Part shown: positions 16,943 to 26,757 of the stretch, one piece after another
Layout of the letters: each line of letters opens with the position of its first letter
Position numbering within the stretch: the stretch's first letter is position 1
The notes under the pieces: generated by a model
Told to the model about the DNA's origin: nothing
Database searches by the model: none
Seen by the model: only the letters and a program-made list of their open reading frames with translations
Position numbers and translations under genes: made by a program
Assembly (NCBI GenBank): GCA_004297215.1
Contig: SCUM01000001.1
Span: 143,456 to 207,455, forward strand
Reading direction: 5' to 3'
Source of the DNA: Patescibacteria group bacterium
GTDB taxonomy: Bacteria > Patescibacteriota > Patescibacteriia > UBA9934 > GWF2-40-263
Length of the DNA stretch: 64,000 nt

Positions 16943-17929
16943 ATGAACCGCTACGTCGAGCTGAAGGCGAAGGACAATACGGAACTCGGGCACCAGCTCG
17001 GCGAGATCTTTCACGACCGCCTCAAGGCCAAGCTCGAACGAGTGCGCGGGGCGGAGTGGAATCGAAAGCGCAAGATCGCCTTGCCGCATTGGGCGGTCAC
17101 GAAGCGTCATTTTCCCGCCTATGCCGACGAGCTCGTCGCGTACGCGCGCGCGGCCGGCCTCGGGTGGCAGGACCTGTGGACGTTCAACCTGGAAATCGGC
17201 ATGGACGCGGAACGCTGCACCAGCATGGTCACGAATCGCGGGAAGCTCATCGGGCATGTCGAGGATTTCGACCCGTCGAGCGTCGACGACCTGTTCCTGA
17301 TCCGAAAGACCGTCGGGCGGACGACCGTGCTCGACCTGAATTATTTCCATACGCTTGGCGGGAACGCCGCGAGCGTCAACTCCCATGGCTGGGCGCAGCT
17401 CGTCAACACCCTCCACGGCCCGACGCGGCGCGCCGGCATTCCCCGGAACGTGATCGCGCGTTGGCTTTCGGAAAGCCAAGATCCCGAACGCGACGCGCGT
17501 CGGCTTGGCCGCCTGCCGCGCATGGACGGATACGCGCACACGTTCGTCCACGCGGACGGACGCGCCTTCAGCCTCGAGGTCGCCGCCGAGGCCTTTTCGT
17601 TCTCGAAGGCATCCTCGCCGTTCGTCCACGCCAACCATTACCTGTCTTCGCTCGCCGCCCAGGAAACGTTCCGTTCGGCGAGTTCGACCGATCGGTTCGA
17701 GGTGGCGACGTGCAAGCTCAAGCCGCGCATGACCGTGGACGCGATAAAGAAGCTGATGGGCGATCAAAGCCGCGGGAAAGGAAAAAGCATCCTCAACGAT
17801 GACACCATCGGAAAGATGGTCGTCGATTTCAAGCGTCACGAGGCGCAGGCATGGTTCAAGGCCGCGCCGCGCAAGGGATACCTGGCCGTGCCGCTGAATT
17901 TTCTCGATAAAAAGACCGCCTTGTCGTAA
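16943..17929 (+). CDS. Hypothetical protein, possibly a peptidase C45/Ntn-hydrolase (acyltransferase-like) fold
   Basis: A Cys-Thr (ERCTSMV) at the position expected for an autoprocessed nucleophile; overall size. Weak call. Confidence 0.35.
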   Translation: MNRYVELKAKDNTELGHQLGEIFHDRLKAKLERVRGAEWNRKRKIALPHWAVTKRHFPAYADELVAYARAAGLGWQDLWTFNLEIGMDAERCTSMVTNRGKLIGHVEDFDPSSVDDLFLIRKTVGRTTVLDLNYFHTLGGNAASVNSHGWAQLVNTLHGPTRRAGIPRNVIARWLSESQDPERDARRLGRLPRMDGYAHTFVHADGRAFSLEVAAEAFSFSKASSPFVHANHYLSSLAAQETFRSASSTDRFEVATCKLKPRMTVDAIKKLMGDQSRGKGKSILNDDTIGKMVVDFKRHEAQAWFKAAPRKGYLAVPLNFLDKKTALS

Positions 17930-17963
17930 GGCGGTCGGCTTGTCCCGAGACGGCGGCGCGCCA

Positions 17964-18527
17964 TCAGTTGACGTCGTTATCATCGGGATCTTTCGCGTCT
18001 CCATCCACGGCCGTGACGGCGACGGCGAGGAGCACGTGCGCGTATTCCTTGTGGAAATACGCGCCGGTCACGCCTTGGACGAACCCGCTTTCCTCCTGCC
18101 TGATCGTGCGGGCGAAGATGTCCACGAAGCTGCGCGCGACGACGGCGAGGAACGCGCGGGCCGCCCCCGTCTCGTTCCCGCGCACGGTCTCGTCGATGCG
18201 GTGCGCGACCGTGGCGCTGAGGCACGCCTGCAGGCACCCGCAGGCCGAGGCATGCTTGGTGTGCGATTCGAGCACGCCCGTGAGCGCGTGGACGACCTCG
18301 AGGTCCTTGAGTTCGAGGATCGCCTCGGCCAAGGGGCGCGCCTCGGCGCGGAAGCACTCGGTGAGCACCGCGACGAGCTTCTCGGGATCGGTGGGGATCC
18401 CGGAGGCCACGCCCTTGGCGAAGTGCCGGCACAGTTCGTGATGTTCGTCCGGCGTGAGCGCCGTTTTCTTCTTCTCCGTCAAGGTTCGCTGCCTTTCCGG
18501 CCGAGACGTTCGACCGCCGGGCACCAT
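17964..18527 (-). CDS. Hypothetical His-rich protein (possible metal-binding). Start assumed at the internal Met.
   Basis: ORF only: HHELCRHF, HTKHASACGC, YFHKEYAHV motifs. Divergent from rlmN. Confidence 0.3.
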   Translation of the reverse strand: MVPGGRTSRPERQRTLTEKKKTALTPDEHHELCRHFAKGVASGIPTDPEKLVAVLTECFRAEARPLAEAILELKDLEVVHALTGVLESHTKHASACGCLQACLSATVAHRIDETVRGNETGAARAFLAVVARSFVDIFARTIRQEESGFVQGVTGAYFHKEYAHVLLAVAVTAVDGDAKDPDDNDVN

Positions 18528-18622
18528 ACGCGAAAACAGGCCTCCTGTCAATGGGCGTCGGGAAGGGAACGGGCGTTGACCGCGGCCGGATTCGCGCCTA
18601 TCCTGCGCCAAGAACAAGAAGC

Positions 18623-19730
18623 TATGCCCATCGCTTCACGAACCGAACGCCTGAAGGCCGTCCTCGTGGGCGTGCCGGCGTTTCGTGCGACCCAGGTCGA
18701 GGAGGCGCTGTTCCGTCCGGACATTTCCGGATGGGCGGACGTGAAGAATCTCCCGAAGGCGCTGCGCGAGCGGCTCGTGGCGGAGGTGCCGTGGATGACG
18801 CTCGGGGAAGGGCCGATGCTTACGAGCAAGAAGGGGGACACGTTCAAGGCGGCGCTCGAGGTGGAGGGCGGCCCTTCGACAGGCTCAGGACAGGGCAAGC
18901 GCATCGAGACGGTGTTGATGGCGAACGCGCGCGGGCAGTGGACCGTGTGCGTTTCCGCGCAGGTGGGATGCGCCATGCGCTGCGCCTTCTGCGCCACGGG
19001 CAAGATGGGGCTCACGCGCAGCCTCACGGGCGACGAGATCGTTGACCAGTACCGTTTCTGGCGGCGGTTCCTGCACGAGCGCCCCGAGCTCCAGCCGCGC
19101 ATCAGCAACATCGTGTTCATGGGGATGGGCGAGCCGCTCGCCAACTACGAGGAGGTGAAGCGCGCGATCCGCATGATCCTGCGGCACACGGACATCGGCG
19201 AGACGCACATCGTGGTGTCCACCGTGGGCGTGCTCCCGCGATTGAAGCAGATCCTCACCGACAAGGATTTCCCGCCGGTGCGCATCGCGCTGTCGCTGCA
19301 CAGCGCCATCGCTGCGACGCGCAAATCCATCGTCCCCACGTCGTACGATAACTTCCTCCAGACGGTCACGGAGTGGACGCGCCAGTACTTCGAGGCGTTC
19401 CCGGCGCGCCGCCGCCACCTCACCTTCGAGTATGTGATGCTCAAGGGCGTGAACGATGACGACGCGCACGTGGAGGCGCTCACGCGTTACGCCAATGAGG
19501 CGGGCAAGGTGCGCATCAATCTCATCCCGTACAACTTCACGGGCGGCGAGTTTTCCCGCAGCGATGACGACCGCGTGGGCGCGTTCGTGAAAAGCCTTGA
19601 GCGCGCCGGCGTGCTCGTCACCGTGCGCCGCACCATGGGCGACGACATCGCCGCCGCCTGCGGCCAGCTCATCACCGATCCCAAGCCCGCGCCCACGGGA
19701 GGCAAGCCGGAGTACGCGGATGCGGAATAG
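18623..19730 (+). CDS. rlmN: 23S rRNA (A2503-C2) methyltransferase RlmN (radical SAM)
   Basis: CVSAQVGCAMRCAFCATG (CxxxCxxC) plus MGMGEPLANY and a conserved C-terminal region. Confidence 0.9.
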
Positions 19731-19769
19731 GCCGCCTCTGCTATACTCCATGCATTAACGGACAGACCT

Positions 19770-20702
19770 ATGCGCCTCGGATTCGTCGGGCTCGGGAAAA
19801 TGGGCGGGAACATGGTGGAGCGGATGCTCGAGCGCGGGCATCGGCCGGTGATCTTCGCCCGCACCAAGGCGACCGTGCGCCGCTATGTGGAGAAGGGGGC
19901 GAAAGGCGCCGGGTCGCTCGCGGAGATGATGCGATCGCTCGGGACCGGGAAGCGCCTGGTGTGGATCATGGTCCCGCACGCCGCCGTTGACGGGGTGCTC
20001 GACGAGCTCATCCCGCTGCTCAAGCGCGGGGACACCGTGGTGGACGGCGGCAATTCGCCCTGGACGAAATCTGTGGAGCGTTCGGCACGCCTCAAGAAGC
20101 GCGGCATCGCCTTTCTCGACATCGGGGTCTCCGGCGGGCCTGCTGGGGCGCGTGACGGCGCCTGCCTCATGATCGGCGGCCCGGCTCCGACGTATCGCAA
20201 GCTGCACAGGCTGTTCGTGGACCTGTCCGTGAAGGACGGCGAGGCGCATCTGGGCCCCTCGGGCGCCGGACATTTCGCGAAGATGGTGCACAACGGGATC
20301 GAGTACGGGATGATGCAGGCGTTCGCCGAGGGGTTCGACGTGCTGCGCAAGAAAAAAGCGTTCCGCTTCGACCTCCGTCAAGTCGCGGGGCTGTACGGAC
20401 ATGGCAGCGTCGTGACCTCGCGCCTGAACGGCTGGCTGGAGGACGGGTTCAAGACGTTCGGGACCACTCTCAAGGGCGTGTCCGGCTCCGCCGTGGGAAC
20501 TGGCGAAGGGAAGTGGACCGTACAGACCGCGAAAACGCTCGGGGTCAGGACCCCGGTGATCTCCGCGTCCGTCGCGGCGCGCGTGGCAAGCATGAAGAAA
20601 CCGAGCTTCCAGGGGCAGGTGGTGATGGTGATGCGCAACCGGTTCGGCGGTCATGACCCGAACCCGAACCCTTCGACTTCGCTCAGGATCAAGAAGCGCT
20701 GA
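19770..20702 (+). CDS. gnd: 6-phosphogluconate dehydrogenase (decarboxylating), short-chain YqeC-type
   Basis: Rossmann LGFVGLGKMGGNM and GGNSPW...DIGVSGG substrate loop. About 310 aa. Confidence 0.85.
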   Translation: MRLGFVGLGKMGGNMVERMLERGHRPVIFARTKATVRRYVEKGAKGAGSLAEMMRSLGTGKRLVWIMVPHAAVDGVLDELIPLLKRGDTVVDGGNSPWTKSVERSARLKKRGIAFLDIGVSGGPAGARDGACLMIGGPAPTYRKLHRLFVDLSVKDGEAHLGPSGAGHFAKMVHNGIEYGMMQAFAEGFDVLRKKKAFRFDLRQVAGLYGHGSVVTSRLNGWLEDGFKTFGTTLKGVSGSAVGTGEGKWTVQTAKTLGVRTPVISASVAARVASMKKPSFQGQVVMVMRNRFGGHDPNPNPSTSLRIKKR

Positions 20703-20703
20703 T

Positions 20704-21954
20704 ATGGCCGGCATCGCCCTCATCGTGTTCGGAGGCACCGGCGACCTGACCCAGCGCAAGCTCTACCCCTCGCTGTACCATCTCGCGCAGCGCGGCCGGT
20801 TGCCCAAGGGATTCTCGTTGTACGGCGTCTCGCGCAAGACGCTGACGGACAAGGAGTTCCGGCGAAACATCGAGCGGGACATCCGCGCGTTCGCGCATGG
20901 GAAGATCGACGAGAAGGCCGTGGCACGGGTCACGGGCGCCGCGCATTACCTTTCCGCGGACCTGAACCATCGCGAAGGGTACGAGCGTCTCGAGGCGCGC
21001 CTGAAGCCGGGCACGCTCCGGCTGTTCTATCTCGCCCTTCCGCCCCGGCTGTTCACGCCGATCGTGGAACATCTCGACCGGTGCGGCATGGCGCGCGCCC
21101 TGGGAGCGGCGCGCTCGCGGGTGATCGTGGAGAAGCCGTTCGGCTACGATTACGCCTCCGGCAAGAAGCTGGAACGCGTCTTGAGCGCCGCGTTCGACGA
21201 ACCGCAGATCTTCCGCATCGACCATTATCTCGGCAAGCAGGCGGTGCAGGACCTGCTTGCGTACCGCCGCGGGCATCCGGCGTTCGAACGCTCGCTCGAC
21301 GCAGGGCACGTCGCGGCCATCCGCATCGATGCGCTCGAGCCGGGCGGGCTTGAGATGCGCGGACCCTATTACGACGGCGCCGGATCCATCCGCGACATGA
21401 CGCAGAACCACCTGCTCCAGCTTCTGGCGTTCATGACCATGAAGCTGCCGAGGACTTCGTCCGCCGCGACCATCCAGTCCGCGCGCGCGAAGGTGCTGAA
21501 GGCGGTCCGGCCGTTCCGTAATCGCGTAGACCTGTTGATCGGACAATACCGCGGCTATCACTCGGAGCCAGGCGTCGACAAGGACTCGAGGACGGACACG
21601 TACTCGTCGCTCGTCTTCGAGGTGAACGACGCGCGGTGGAAAGGGGTCCCGATCCTCGTCCGCACGGGAAAACGGCTGACGCGCAAGCTCACGGCGGTCA
21701 CGATCGAGTACAAGCCGAAACAGGGGAAGCGTCACGTTTTCCAGCTCGATCCCCATCCACACGTGGCGAACGAGATGGGAGATTACGAACGGCTTCTCCT
21801 CGCCGCTTTCGATGGGGAGCGCGAACTGTTCGTGAGCGCGGCGGAGGTGCTCAATTCCTGGAAAGCCGTGGACCCGTTCCTGAAGGCGGCCAAGCGGACG
21901 AAGCCCATCCTGTACCGCAAGGGTTCGCTCGGCCCCAAAGGAAAAACCGCCTGA
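20704..21954 (+). CDS. zwf: Glucose-6-phosphate 1-dehydrogenase
   Basis: ALIVFGGTGDLTQRKLYPSLY NAD(P) motif and RIDHYLGKQAVQDL active site. ATG at 20704, inside the track ORF that starts at 20653; it abuts the gnd stop. Confidence 0.9.
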   Translation: MAGIALIVFGGTGDLTQRKLYPSLYHLAQRGRLPKGFSLYGVSRKTLTDKEFRRNIERDIRAFAHGKIDEKAVARVTGAAHYLSADLNHREGYERLEARLKPGTLRLFYLALPPRLFTPIVEHLDRCGMARALGAARSRVIVEKPFGYDYASGKKLERVLSAAFDEPQIFRIDHYLGKQAVQDLLAYRRGHPAFERSLDAGHVAAIRIDALEPGGLEMRGPYYDGAGSIRDMTQNHLLQLLAFMTMKLPRTSSAATIQSARAKVLKAVRPFRNRVDLLIGQYRGYHSEPGVDKDSRTDTYSSLVFEVNDARWKGVPILVRTGKRLTRKLTAVTIEYKPKQGKRHVFQLDPHPHVANEMGDYERLLLAAFDGERELFVSAAEVLNSWKAVDPFLKAAKRTKPILYRKGSLGPKGKTA

Positions 21955-21970
21955 CGATCAGGCGGTTTTC
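21942..21970. terminator. Rho-independent terminator after zwf
   Basis: AAAACCGCCTG-ACGAT-CAGGCGGTTTTC. The stem includes the zwf stop codon. Confidence 0.65.
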
Positions 21971-21971
21971 G

Positions 21972-22097
21972 TTACTTCTTCGCGGCGGCCTTCTTGCCGA
22001 GCTTGGTGAGGCGGATGGCCTTCTTGCGGCGGCGCGCAATGATGTTTTCCTTGCGTGCGGCCTTCCACATGGTGCGATGGACTTTGCGGAGACCCAT
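21972..22097 (-). CDS. Small basic 41-aa protein (MGLRKVHRTMWKAARKENIIARRRKKAIRLTKLGKKAAAKK), possibly a ribosome-associated micro-protein
   Basis: Not in the ORF track (under 60 aa). Very Lys/Arg-rich. No good SD. Confidence 0.25.
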   Translation of the reverse strand: MGLRKVHRTMWKAARKENIIARRRKKAIRLTKLGKKAAAKK

Positions 22098-22200
22098 AGG
22101 AGGATTCATTAGCAATGCGCGGAGTTTACCGACAAACCCCGGTTTGGTCAATGTTGCGCGGTTTTTGCGACGGGACTAAGGTTGGCCAAACCATATCCCT

Positions 22201-23688
22201 ATGAACATCACCGTGCGAAAAGGGGCCCTGCCCGAGGAAAAGGTGGACGTGCTCGTGGTAGGCGCCTTCATGCATAAGGACGGTTTCACCGGGGAAGCGG
22301 CCAAGCTCGATGAGGCTTTGGACGGCCTTCTTGCGGCCGAGGCGAAGGACCATGCCTTCAAGGGGAAGGCGGGCGAGACCCTGTCCGTGCGCATCGGGGA
22401 CTCCATGAAGGCGAAGCGGCTCGTCATCGTCGGCCTTGGCGAACCAGAAGCCTGCTCAGAAGAGTCCGTCCGTGAGGCGGCTGCCGCCGGGTTCAATCGT
22501 GCCAGGAACAGCGCGGCCAGGCGCGTCGCCTTCGTGTTGTTGGGAGAGGGGAAGGTGTCGGCGCGAGCTGTCGGAAAAGCAATGGCGGAAGGGATCCGAC
22601 TGGGCTCGTACGCGTTCGAACATTACAAGAGCGAGAAGTCCAAGCTGAAGGTGGACGAGGTGGTCATCCTCACCGGGAATGCTCGCGATGCGAAATCGGC
22701 GGAAGACGGGGTGATGCTTGGCGAAATCTACGCCGCGGCCACTTCCCGCGCGCGCGACCTCGTGAACTCCCCGAGCGCGCACATGTCGCCGAGGGACCTG
22801 CTGCTTGCCGCGCAGGAGGCGGTGAAGGGCCAGAAGGGCGTGCGCATCAGGTCCTACGACAAGGCCGCGCTCGCGAAGATGGGCGCGGGCGGCATCCTGG
22901 GCGTCGGGCAGGGATCCGACCATGATCCGGTTCTCGCGCACATGAGCTACAAGCCCGCCGGGGCGAAGAAGCGCGTCGCGCTCGTGGGCAAGGCGATCAC
23001 CTTCGATTCCGGCGGCCTCTCCCTCAAGTCGGCCGGAAACATGGAGACGATGAAACTTGACATGGCGGGAGCCGCCGCCGTGATCGGGGCGTTCTCCGTG
23101 ATCGCGAAGCTCGGCGTCAAGGCCGAGGTGCACGGGATCTTCGGCGCGTGCGAGAACATGCCAAGCGGCAAGGCGATCCGCCCGGGGGACGTGGTGAAGA
23201 CATTGAACGGCAAGACGATCGAGATCCGCAACACCGACGCCGAAGGGCGCGTGACCCTCGCCGACGCGCTCGCCTACGCCGCAAGGCTCAAGCCCGACCT
23301 CATCGTGGACATCGCCACGCTCACGGGCGCGGCCGTCGTCGCGCTGGGCGATGACATCACGGCGCTCATGACCAACGACGAAAGGGCCGGGGCGAAGGTG
23401 AAGGTCGCCGCCGCGGGCGCCGGCGAATCGGTGTGGGAACTCCCGCTCGAGAAGCGCTACCGCGATGACGTCATCTCCGACATCGCCGACTACAAGAACG
23501 ACGGCCCGCGCTCCGGCGGCGCCATCACCGCCGGGTTGCTGCTCAAGGAATTCGTGAACGACATCCCGTGGGTGCACCTCGACATCGCGGGCCCGGCCTT
23601 CGCCGAAAAGCCGCGCAACGCCTACACGCGCAAAGGCGGCACGGGCCACGGCGTTCGGACGCTGCTGGAATTGCTCCGAAACGCCTGA
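22201..23688 (+). CDS. pepA: Leucyl aminopeptidase (M17)
   Basis: NTDAEGRVTLADAL metal-binding motif, AITFDSGGLSLK, DIAGPAF. Confidence 0.9.
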   Translation: MNITVRKGALPEEKVDVLVVGAFMHKDGFTGEAAKLDEALDGLLAAEAKDHAFKGKAGETLSVRIGDSMKAKRLVIVGLGEPEACSEESVREAAAAGFNRARNSAARRVAFVLLGEGKVSARAVGKAMAEGIRLGSYAFEHYKSEKSKLKVDEVVILTGNARDAKSAEDGVMLGEIYAAATSRARDLVNSPSAHMSPRDLLLAAQEAVKGQKGVRIRSYDKAALAKMGAGGILGVGQGSDHDPVLAHMSYKPAGAKKRVALVGKAITFDSGGLSLKSAGNMETMKLDMAGAAAVIGAFSVIAKLGVKAEVHGIFGACENMPSGKAIRPGDVVKTLNGKTIEIRNTDAEGRVTLADALAYAARLKPDLIVDIATLTGAAVVALGDDITALMTNDERAGAKVKVAAAGAGESVWELPLEKRYRDDVISDIADYKNDGPRSGGAITAGLLLKEFVNDIPWVHLDIAGPAFAEKPRNAYTRKGGTGHGVRTLLELLRNA

Positions 23689-23709
23689 TCCATGTGCCGC
23701 AGGCAGAAT

Positions 23710-23735
23710 GAAAAACGGGCAAGAGCCCGTTTTTC
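23710..23735. terminator. Bidirectional rho-independent terminator between pepA and the peroxiredoxin gene
   Basis: AAAAACGGGC-AAGA-GCCCGTTTTTCG. Confidence 0.7.
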
Positions 23736-23747
23736 GTCGATTTCGTC

Positions 23748-24308
23748 TCAAGCCTTCCCGAGCGTCTTGCCGCCCTTCTTCCAATCCATGGGGCAAAGTT
23801 CGCCCGTCTGAAGCGCCTCGAGGACACGGAGAGTTTCGTCGACGGAGCGGCCCACGCCGAGGTCGTGATAGAGCGCGTAGCGGAGGATCCCTTCGGGGTC
23901 GATGATGAACGTCCCGCGCAGGGCGATGCCCTTGTCCTGGAGCAGTACGCCGTAGTCGCGGCTCACGCTGCGGGTGATGTCGGAAAAGAGGGGATAGTTG
24001 AGGTCACCGAGCTCCTTGAGCCAAGCCCGGTGCGAGTGTACCGAGTCGGTCGACCCGCCGAGCACGACGGCATCCAGTTTTTGAAATGCGTCATGCGCAT
24101 GCGAGAACGCGGTGATTTCGGTGGGGCACACGAAAGTGAAATCGAGCGGGTAGAAGAAGAGCACGACCCACTTGCCTTCGTATTGGTCGAGGTCGATCGT
24201 GACGAACTTCCCACCCTTCTCGACAGCCTCCACCTTGAAGTGCGGAGCACGGCTTCCCACCTGGGCCATCTGTGGGGCGTGCATGTCATCTTGCGTTTCG
24301 TGTGCCAT
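23748..24308 (-). CDS. 2-Cys peroxiredoxin (AhpC/TSA family)
   Basis: GKWVVLFFYPLDFTFVCPTEI peroxidatic Cys motif and a resolving Cys near the C-terminus. The true start may be Met14. Confidence 0.9.
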   Translation of the reverse strand: MAHETQDDMHAPQMAQVGSRAPHFKVEAVEKGGKFVTIDLDQYEGKWVVLFFYPLDFTFVCPTEITAFSHAHDAFQKLDAVVLGGSTDSVHSHRAWLKELGDLNYPLFSDITRSVSRDYGVLLQDKGIALRGTFIIDPEGILRYALYHDLGVGRSVDETLRVLEALQTGELCPMDWKKGGKTLGKA

Positions 24309-24312
24309 AGGA

Positions 24313-24939
24313 TCAGGAAAAGGAAATCTTAGACGCCTTCTCGTACACCTTATTCGCGGCGTCCCAGTTCAAGTTCTTCCAAAAGTCGGCGATGTAGGCC
24401 TTGCGGTCGGCGCCGTAGTCGATGAAATAGGCGTGCTCGTACACGTCGAGCACGATGAGCGGGATCGCGCCCCATACGCCGCCCTGGTTGTGGGCGTCCG
24501 CTCCGTAGATCTTGAGGCGGGCAAGGTGCGTGTCCCAGGCGAGCACCACCCAGCCGCGCATCGCCATGCCCGTGGCGGTAAAGAAGGCGACGAACGTCTC
24601 CATCGACCCCCACTTGGCGACGATGGCGTCCGCCAACGCGCCGGACGGTTTCCCGTCCCCACCGAGCACGTTGAAATAATGCTCGTGCAAATAGACGCCG
24701 TTGGTGGCAAACGTCTCGCCGTCGCGCAGGGCCCGCAGGTCGGAGTAACTCTGGTTTGCGGCTTCAAGCGTCGCGGCGGCGGTCGAAGCGGCTTTCAGCT
24801 TCTCGCCTACCTCTTTCATCTTGTTCACGTACCCCGCGTACAGCTTGTCGTGGTGGATCTGCATCGTCTTCTCGGTAATGCCCGTCAGTTTCGTAGCGAA
24901 CGGGAGAGGTTTCGCTTCGTAGGTTCGCGCGGAAGGCAT
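24313..24939 (-). CDS. Fe/Mn superoxide dismutase
   Basis: HHDKLYAGYVN, DVYEHAYFIDYG metal ligands. Lies 4 nt upstream of the peroxiredoxin gene, so the two are probably an operon. Confidence 0.9.
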   Translation of the reverse strand: MPSARTYEAKPLPFATKLTGITEKTMQIHHDKLYAGYVNKMKEVGEKLKAASTAAATLEAANQSYSDLRALRDGETFATNGVYLHEHYFNVLGGDGKPSGALADAIVAKWGSMETFVAFFTATGMAMRGWVVLAWDTHLARLKIYGADAHNQGGVWGAIPLIVLDVYEHAYFIDYGADRKAYIADFWKNLNWDAANKVYEKASKISFS

Positions 24940-24996
24940 ATGGACGGATGGCGTTAACGCGCTACTATGGTAGCCGTTGTGCGTTGAGCGTCAATC

Positions 24997-26001
24997 ATGC
25001 CTAAAGGAAAGGACATCGGCTGGTGGTCGGCATTGCTCCTCGGGGCGTTCCTCGTGGCGTTTTGGCAATACCGCGCGGCGCGCGTCCCGGGCGATGCGCC
25101 GGCGGCGGCCATGCATCCGAGCGTCACGGTCCCAGGTTCGGCGACGACATCGATCGATGATCCGGAGTACGAATCCGTCGTCTCGGCCGACCAGTACCTG
25201 AAGGACGACGGGGAGGGGTTGGCCCTCGATCTGGACGGCAAACGCCGGTTCTATCCGTTCCAGGTGCTCGTGTGGCACGGGGCAGTCAACGATCCAGCGC
25301 TCCCGGTCCTCGTCACCTATTCGCCGCTTGCCGGCACCTCCGGCGTCTTCGACCCGCGCGTCGACGGGGCCGTGAAGGCGTTCGACGTGACGGACATGCT
25401 GCGCGACAGTTCGCCGATCATCCTCGATCGCGAATCGCATGCCGCCGAAGCCGAGGGACAGCCGCGGATCCCGACCGCGGTGATGACCTGGAAGGCGTGG
25501 CGCACCGCGTTCCCGGACGGACTGGTGCTCGCGCGCCCCGGCGGGACGGACCATGACTACACGCGCGATCCGTTCCTGGAGTATCGCAAGACGGCGGCCC
25601 TGTGGTACCCGGTGGAGCCGAAGGATCCGCGCCTGCCCATGAAGGAACGCGTCGTCGGCATCGCCTCCGCGGGAACGGCCAAGGCCTTTCGGACCAGCGA
25701 CGTCGGGCGGCTGCTGATCATCGAGGACGAGGTCGGCGGCCTCCCCGTGCTCATCCTGTTCGACAAGACGCGGGAGACGATCACGGCGTTCGATCGGCGC
25801 GTCCTGGATGCCACGCTCACGTTCACCCTCGATGACGACCGCGGCATCGTGGATGCACAGAGCGATTCCGTCTGGAGCGCGCGCGGCATCGCCACGCGCG
25901 GTTCGTCGAAAGGGACGCATCTCGCCCCCATCGCGCTGCAACCCGCCTACTGGTTTTATTGGGCGGCAACCCATCCCGGCACCGACCTATGGCAACCTTA
26001 G
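24997..26001 (+). CDS. Membrane-anchored hypothetical protein (DUF3179-like)
   Basis: N-terminal TM, then a globular domain with YSPLAGT... Family assignment is from memory only. Confidence 0.35.
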   Translation: MPKGKDIGWWSALLLGAFLVAFWQYRAARVPGDAPAAAMHPSVTVPGSATTSIDDPEYESVVSADQYLKDDGEGLALDLDGKRRFYPFQVLVWHGAVNDPALPVLVTYSPLAGTSGVFDPRVDGAVKAFDVTDMLRDSSPIILDRESHAAEAEGQPRIPTAVMTWKAWRTAFPDGLVLARPGGTDHDYTRDPFLEYRKTAALWYPVEPKDPRLPMKERVVGIASAGTAKAFRTSDVGRLLIIEDEVGGLPVLILFDKTRETITAFDRRVLDATLTFTLDDDRGIVDAQSDSVWSARGIATRGSSKGTHLAPIALQPAYWFYWAATHPGTDLWQP

Positions 26002-26681
26002 GAACGCTCTACGTCGTGGCCACGCCCATCGGCAACCTGTCCGACCTCTCCGAACGCGCAAAGGCGACGCTCGCTTCGGTTGATGCCATCTTGTGCGAGG
26101 ACACGCGCGTCACGTCCAAATTGCTTTCCGTCATCGGCGTCGCGAAGCCGCTCGTGGCCTTTCACCAACATTCCGACGCGCGCAAGACGCACGACGTCGT
26201 CCGTCGGCTGTCGGCGGGAGAATCCTTCGCGCTGGTCACGGACGCCGGGACGCCGGGCATCTCTGACCCGGGCGGGATGCTGGTCGAGGCCGTCGTGAAG
26301 GAGTTGGGCGACGCGGCGAAAATCGTCCCGATCCCCGGTCCGTCGGCGGTCATCGCGGCGCTGTCCGTGTCGGGTTTCCCGGCCGACCGCTTCACGTTCC
26401 TTGGGTTCCCGCCGCACAAGAAAGGGCGACAGACGTTCTTCAAGGAGCTCGCCTCAACGGAGGGGACGGTCGTGTTTTATGAAAGCACGCATCGGATCAT
26501 GAAGTGCCTGGAGGAGCTTGATGGGCTTGAGGAGCTTAAGGAGCGACGGCTTGTCGTCTGCCGTGAACTCACGAAGCTGCACGAGACGACGTATCGTGGG
26601 ACGGCGGCGGAGGTGACAGAACGGTTGAAAGCGACTAGTATTCGGGGCGAATTCGTGGTCGTCATCGGACCAAGTGCGTAG
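25989..26681 (+). CDS. rsmI: 16S rRNA (C1402-2'-O) methyltransferase RsmI
   Basis: GTLYVVATPIGNLSD...ILCEDTR...TDAGTPGISDPG tetrapyrrole-MTase-fold motifs. Confidence 0.85.
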   Translation: MATLGTLYVVATPIGNLSDLSERAKATLASVDAILCEDTRVTSKLLSVIGVAKPLVAFHQHSDARKTHDVVRRLSAGESFALVTDAGTPGISDPGGMLVEAVVKELGDAAKIVPIPGPSAVIAALSVSGFPADRFTFLGFPPHKKGRQTFFKELASTEGTVVFYESTHRIMKCLEELDGLEELKERRLVVCRELTKLHETTYRGTAAEVTERLKATSIRGEFVVVIGPSA

Positions 26682-26752
26682 TGAGTAGTTGGTAGTACGT
26701 AGATTTTCTACGTTCTATGTCCTACGCACTACCACCTACCAACTACGCACTA
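26679..26752. promoter_or_regulatory. ~74-nt imperfect palindrome / nested hairpin between the rsmI stop and the metG start
   Basis: Left arm TAGTGAGTAGTTGGTAGTACGTAG, inner hairpin ACGTAG-ATTTT-CTACGT, right arm CCTACGCACTACCA(CCTACCA)ACTACGCACTA. Confidence 0.5.
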
Positions 26753-26757
26753 TCGAT

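Noticed and set aside
16634-18004. 456-aa minus-strand ORF
   Set aside because: Antisense to the rsmB-like and C45-like genes; no motifs. Spurious.
23708-23905. 65-aa plus-strand ORF after pepA
   Set aside because: Begins inside the intrinsic terminator and overlaps the peroxiredoxin gene antisense.
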